DNA of 63,921 nt, filler included, from Perkinsus olseni (taxonomy: Eukaryota): the NCBI GenBank assembly GCA_013115125.1. It is 4 parts of 4 records of this genome, joined end to end, with 100 filler letters (N's around TTAATTAATTAA, not from the genome) between each part and the next. Parts side by side here need not be neighbours in the genome. Positions count along the whole stretch, not along the records: positions 48,057 to 63,921 come from JABANN010000693.1; 3 more parts are not named here. One strand, 5' to 3'. The position numbers and the translations under genes are program-made. Shown here piece by piece: positions 61,230 through 63,921 of the stretch; within the stretch, counting starts at the first letter, position 1; the number at the start of each line of letters is the position of its first letter. A model generated the notes under the pieces. That model made no database searches, had not been told where the DNA came from, and worked only from the letters and a program-made list of their open reading frames with translations.

Positions 61230-62979
61230 GTGAGCATCTGTGGACCAAAGCCTGAGCAGTTCCTTGCTGCACTCCTTCGAGGGATGCACGTCAATCACAT
61301 GACGCGCGTTATGGCCTGGCTCTTCTTTCTTCGCCGAGGACTAGGGAGCTCTCCCATTACGCGAGAGCAAATTCACGAGGTAAGGTTTGGCAAAAACACG
61401 CATTTTACTGGTCACTCGTTTCAGGCTTCTGCCACGGCGCATCCGAGACCTTCCTTGAAGAGAGGCCTCAGGCCAGTGCTGAGTGAGGGGAAACTGAAGA
61501 TCGGCGAGAGTGGCCAGAGAATGGTTTCAGTAAGAACCTTATAGCGAAGCAAAACCTCTTCCCGCCTTCAACTCTCTTCCATTCTCACACTCAGAAAGCG
61601 AAGAACATATCAGCTGAGCTACAGTCATGGTACGATGGTATTCCAGGAACAGGTTTGAAGGTAGGCTAGTTCCGTGTACAACGGCTTCACTACGGGGTCG
61701 TTCGGGAATGAATTCTGGAACTCAGAATCGATTCTGGAACATCATTTCACGTGTAAAAATCCCAGAATCGATTCTGAGTTTCAGAAGTACTTAATTGGAC
61801 AGAGAGTATGTATTGGCTGCAGCTCGTCGGTCCGGAAGTCGAAGGAACGTCCGGTCCCCGGAACCACTACGAAGTTTCATCGTCCGGTCTGTATGCGATA
61901 TTCGACTATGTAACCTTGAAGTCGGCTGATGAGGAGGAATATTTCGTGCTCGGCATGCACAAGCTGAGATGCTTAGCGAAAGACGAGTGAGCTCTTCGCA
62001 GGACGCACCTGCCGTTTACTCTGACTTGTTGTTAGGAAAGGTAAAGTACTGGACGACAAAGCTAGGGTTATCGTACCCCGTGAACCGATAATGTGAGTGG
62101 TGGATAGTTGGCCAAGGGCCTCCTGATCGGACACTAATGACCATCTCGCAAAGGATCAGTCGACTGAAGATGAGTTGCGCATAGGGAGAACTGATGGTCT
62201 GCCATAAGAGAATCACGAAATACTTTTGGCGGTGTCCTATTACAGAATCACCGGAATTCCAAGCACACTTGATCCCAAAAACAGCAGACTACAGTCACTA
62301 GTAGTGAAGCAGACATCGCCACTGTGCTTTTATACAAGGACTGAGCACGATATACAGGGATTGAATACGTTACACAAGGGTTCAACACGTTATACCGGAC
62401 TGGTCGACATCACTTTTAGTTGTCGATTATGTGAGCGGTGGTCGTTGATCGAGCCCTCAGGCACTTCAAACTAGCCTTCCCTTATTGGCTGGGAGCAGAA
62501 CAGCCCGAGGATTATCAAGTGGAAGTGCGAAAACCGGGTCAATCACGGCTGGAGCGTCGTCGGAAACCGGTCTCTGACCCGAAAGAAGTCATGAAGCGTG
62601 CAGTAACAACGCTCTACTACGGCCTAGCTGGCGCGGCAAGCCAGAGGAAAATGAGGCCTTCGTCGCATCTACGGTCGAGCATGGAAATTACAGAAAGGAT
62701 CGAGGACCCCACGACTGAGCATTGGTTGCTCACAGAGCTGTGCGACGATCGAGAAGTGACAGCGGTTTTCCCTTCTGTCTGATCTCAGTATCCTCTACTT
62801 CAGATCTACGACCAAGGCCAGACCGTCGCCGCTGCGAGTTTGCAGGCCCCGCGATTAACTCCAAGAACCGAGCTCTGCTATGGTCACGTCATATGCTGAT
62901 GACTCGTGTCGTCTTAGAAAGGTACGTTTTGAATGATGAGACGCATGAAAAGCTGTTCAAATGTTGTTATTGCTTGTGA
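61230..62979 (+). CDS. Lineage-specific protein, paralog 2 (multi-exon, 5' end unclear)
   Basis: RVMAWLFFLRRGLGSSPITREQIHE, LQSWYDGIP, ALRHFKLAFPYWLGAEQPEDYQVEV and KRAVTTLYYGLAGAA match paralog 1. Confidence 0.55.
61697..61801. repeat. Palindromic MITE-like repeat, copy D (intronic)
   Basis: TTCTGGAACTCAGAATCGATTCTGG...TTTCACGTGTAAA...CCAGAATCGATTCTGAGTTTCAGAA. Confidence 0.75.
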
Positions 62980-63921
62980 TTCATCGATTGTGTGAGTTAC
63001 GAGTTCGATGTTCTCTCCCACAAGGAGAGAACAGTGACTCACTGTCAGTGAGGTTTAGTTTATCAATGAACTGAACTAGCAGATAACTAAACTAGCGTAG
63101 CTCAAGGCTTAAACTTTTGTTCCTACGCAAGTCCATGCGAAGCAGCCTCGAGTGACTCACGATGTATGAATAATCTGCCCTCGTACGACCGACAGAGTGC
63201 CAATTTTGTATATTGTCGTGACCAAAACTAATCGTCATGACAGAAAACGGCATATGAGATACCATCGTTATAGTTAAGGTCTCTGGTACGGACTACAGTC
63301 TGCAGATTTCTGACGAGGAAAATTCCTCAGTTCCAATACGAGGCGCAGAGGGTACTTCTGCGTATGCAGATCATTCTGAGTGTGATTCATGGTCGAATTC
63401 TTTCCTATCTCCAAACCATACCAGCTGCTAGACGTTGGCGAGGGCGGGCCGTAGGTAGCACACATGATGTCGTTTATTCACGATAGTTCAATAATGAATA
63501 CTAAGAATAGTATTAACGGTGTTCTGTCGATCGATCGACGCTCATTCGTCGATCGCAATGAGCAGCGTTCGCGACGAAGGGGGGCGTGCGTGTATGGCAG
63601 GTTGAGCCCGTACTTTGTACCGGAGAACCCGGCCACCAACGATGATGCGTATAGACCTAGCGGGCGTCGTGCACTCGGTGGAAGGAATTTCCCCGACAAA
63701 ATTTTGTGGCGAAAACGAGTAGGGTCTCACGTAGCATGTGACGCACCTCGAGCCACTATTCCGAGCAGAAGGTCCTGAATGCAATTTCCCGAACGACCTA
63801 ACGCTTCACATCAACCAGTTCCTCCTCGTCCGAGCTAAACATTAAGAAGGTTGTGTTATAATATAGCAACACGCAATAGAGCAACTCGCGTGTACATAGC
63901 TGTTTTGCGATAACAGGCACA

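Overview
This is eukaryotic, intron-rich DNA, most likely from a perkinsid alveolate such as Perkinsus. That assignment is an inference from the short GT/GC-AG introns, a dinoflagellate-type eIF4E and 'GNPSCWDG..CC' Cys repeats. The window is four unrelated contigs (1-15940, 16041-31959, 32060-47956, 48057-63921; 15940, 15919, 15897 and 15865 bp, so size-sorted) joined by N-padded TTAATTAATTAA linkers, so gene order across the linkers carries no information. Recognisable protein genes: a hAT transposase 3' part, a DUF1769-like protein, RPL9, a Cys-repeat/DUF3431-like protein, an ankyrin protein, eIF4E, a LOTUS-LOTUS-PAS-like protein, TerC, a phosphoglucomutase fragment, kinesin-9, a RING E3 ligase, a Mei2-like RRM protein, aminopeptidase P and a lineage-specific secreted-protein family. 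RNA genes: tRNA-Val(AAC), a decayed copy of it, and an intergenic cluster of box C/D snoRNAs that target adjacent LSU rRNA sites. Repeats: two hAT ends, a TA-flanked TIR element carrying a 127-bp tandem repeat, and a dispersed palindromic MITE-like family. The best leads are the snoRNA cluster, the LOTUS+PAS architecture, a head-to-head paralog pair centred on perfect palindromes, the palindromic repeat family, and tRNA T-arm/B-box motifs embedded in a long ORF. Ends of spliced genes are hand-assembled and approximate unless stated. No database searches were run; family and rRNA matches are from recall.
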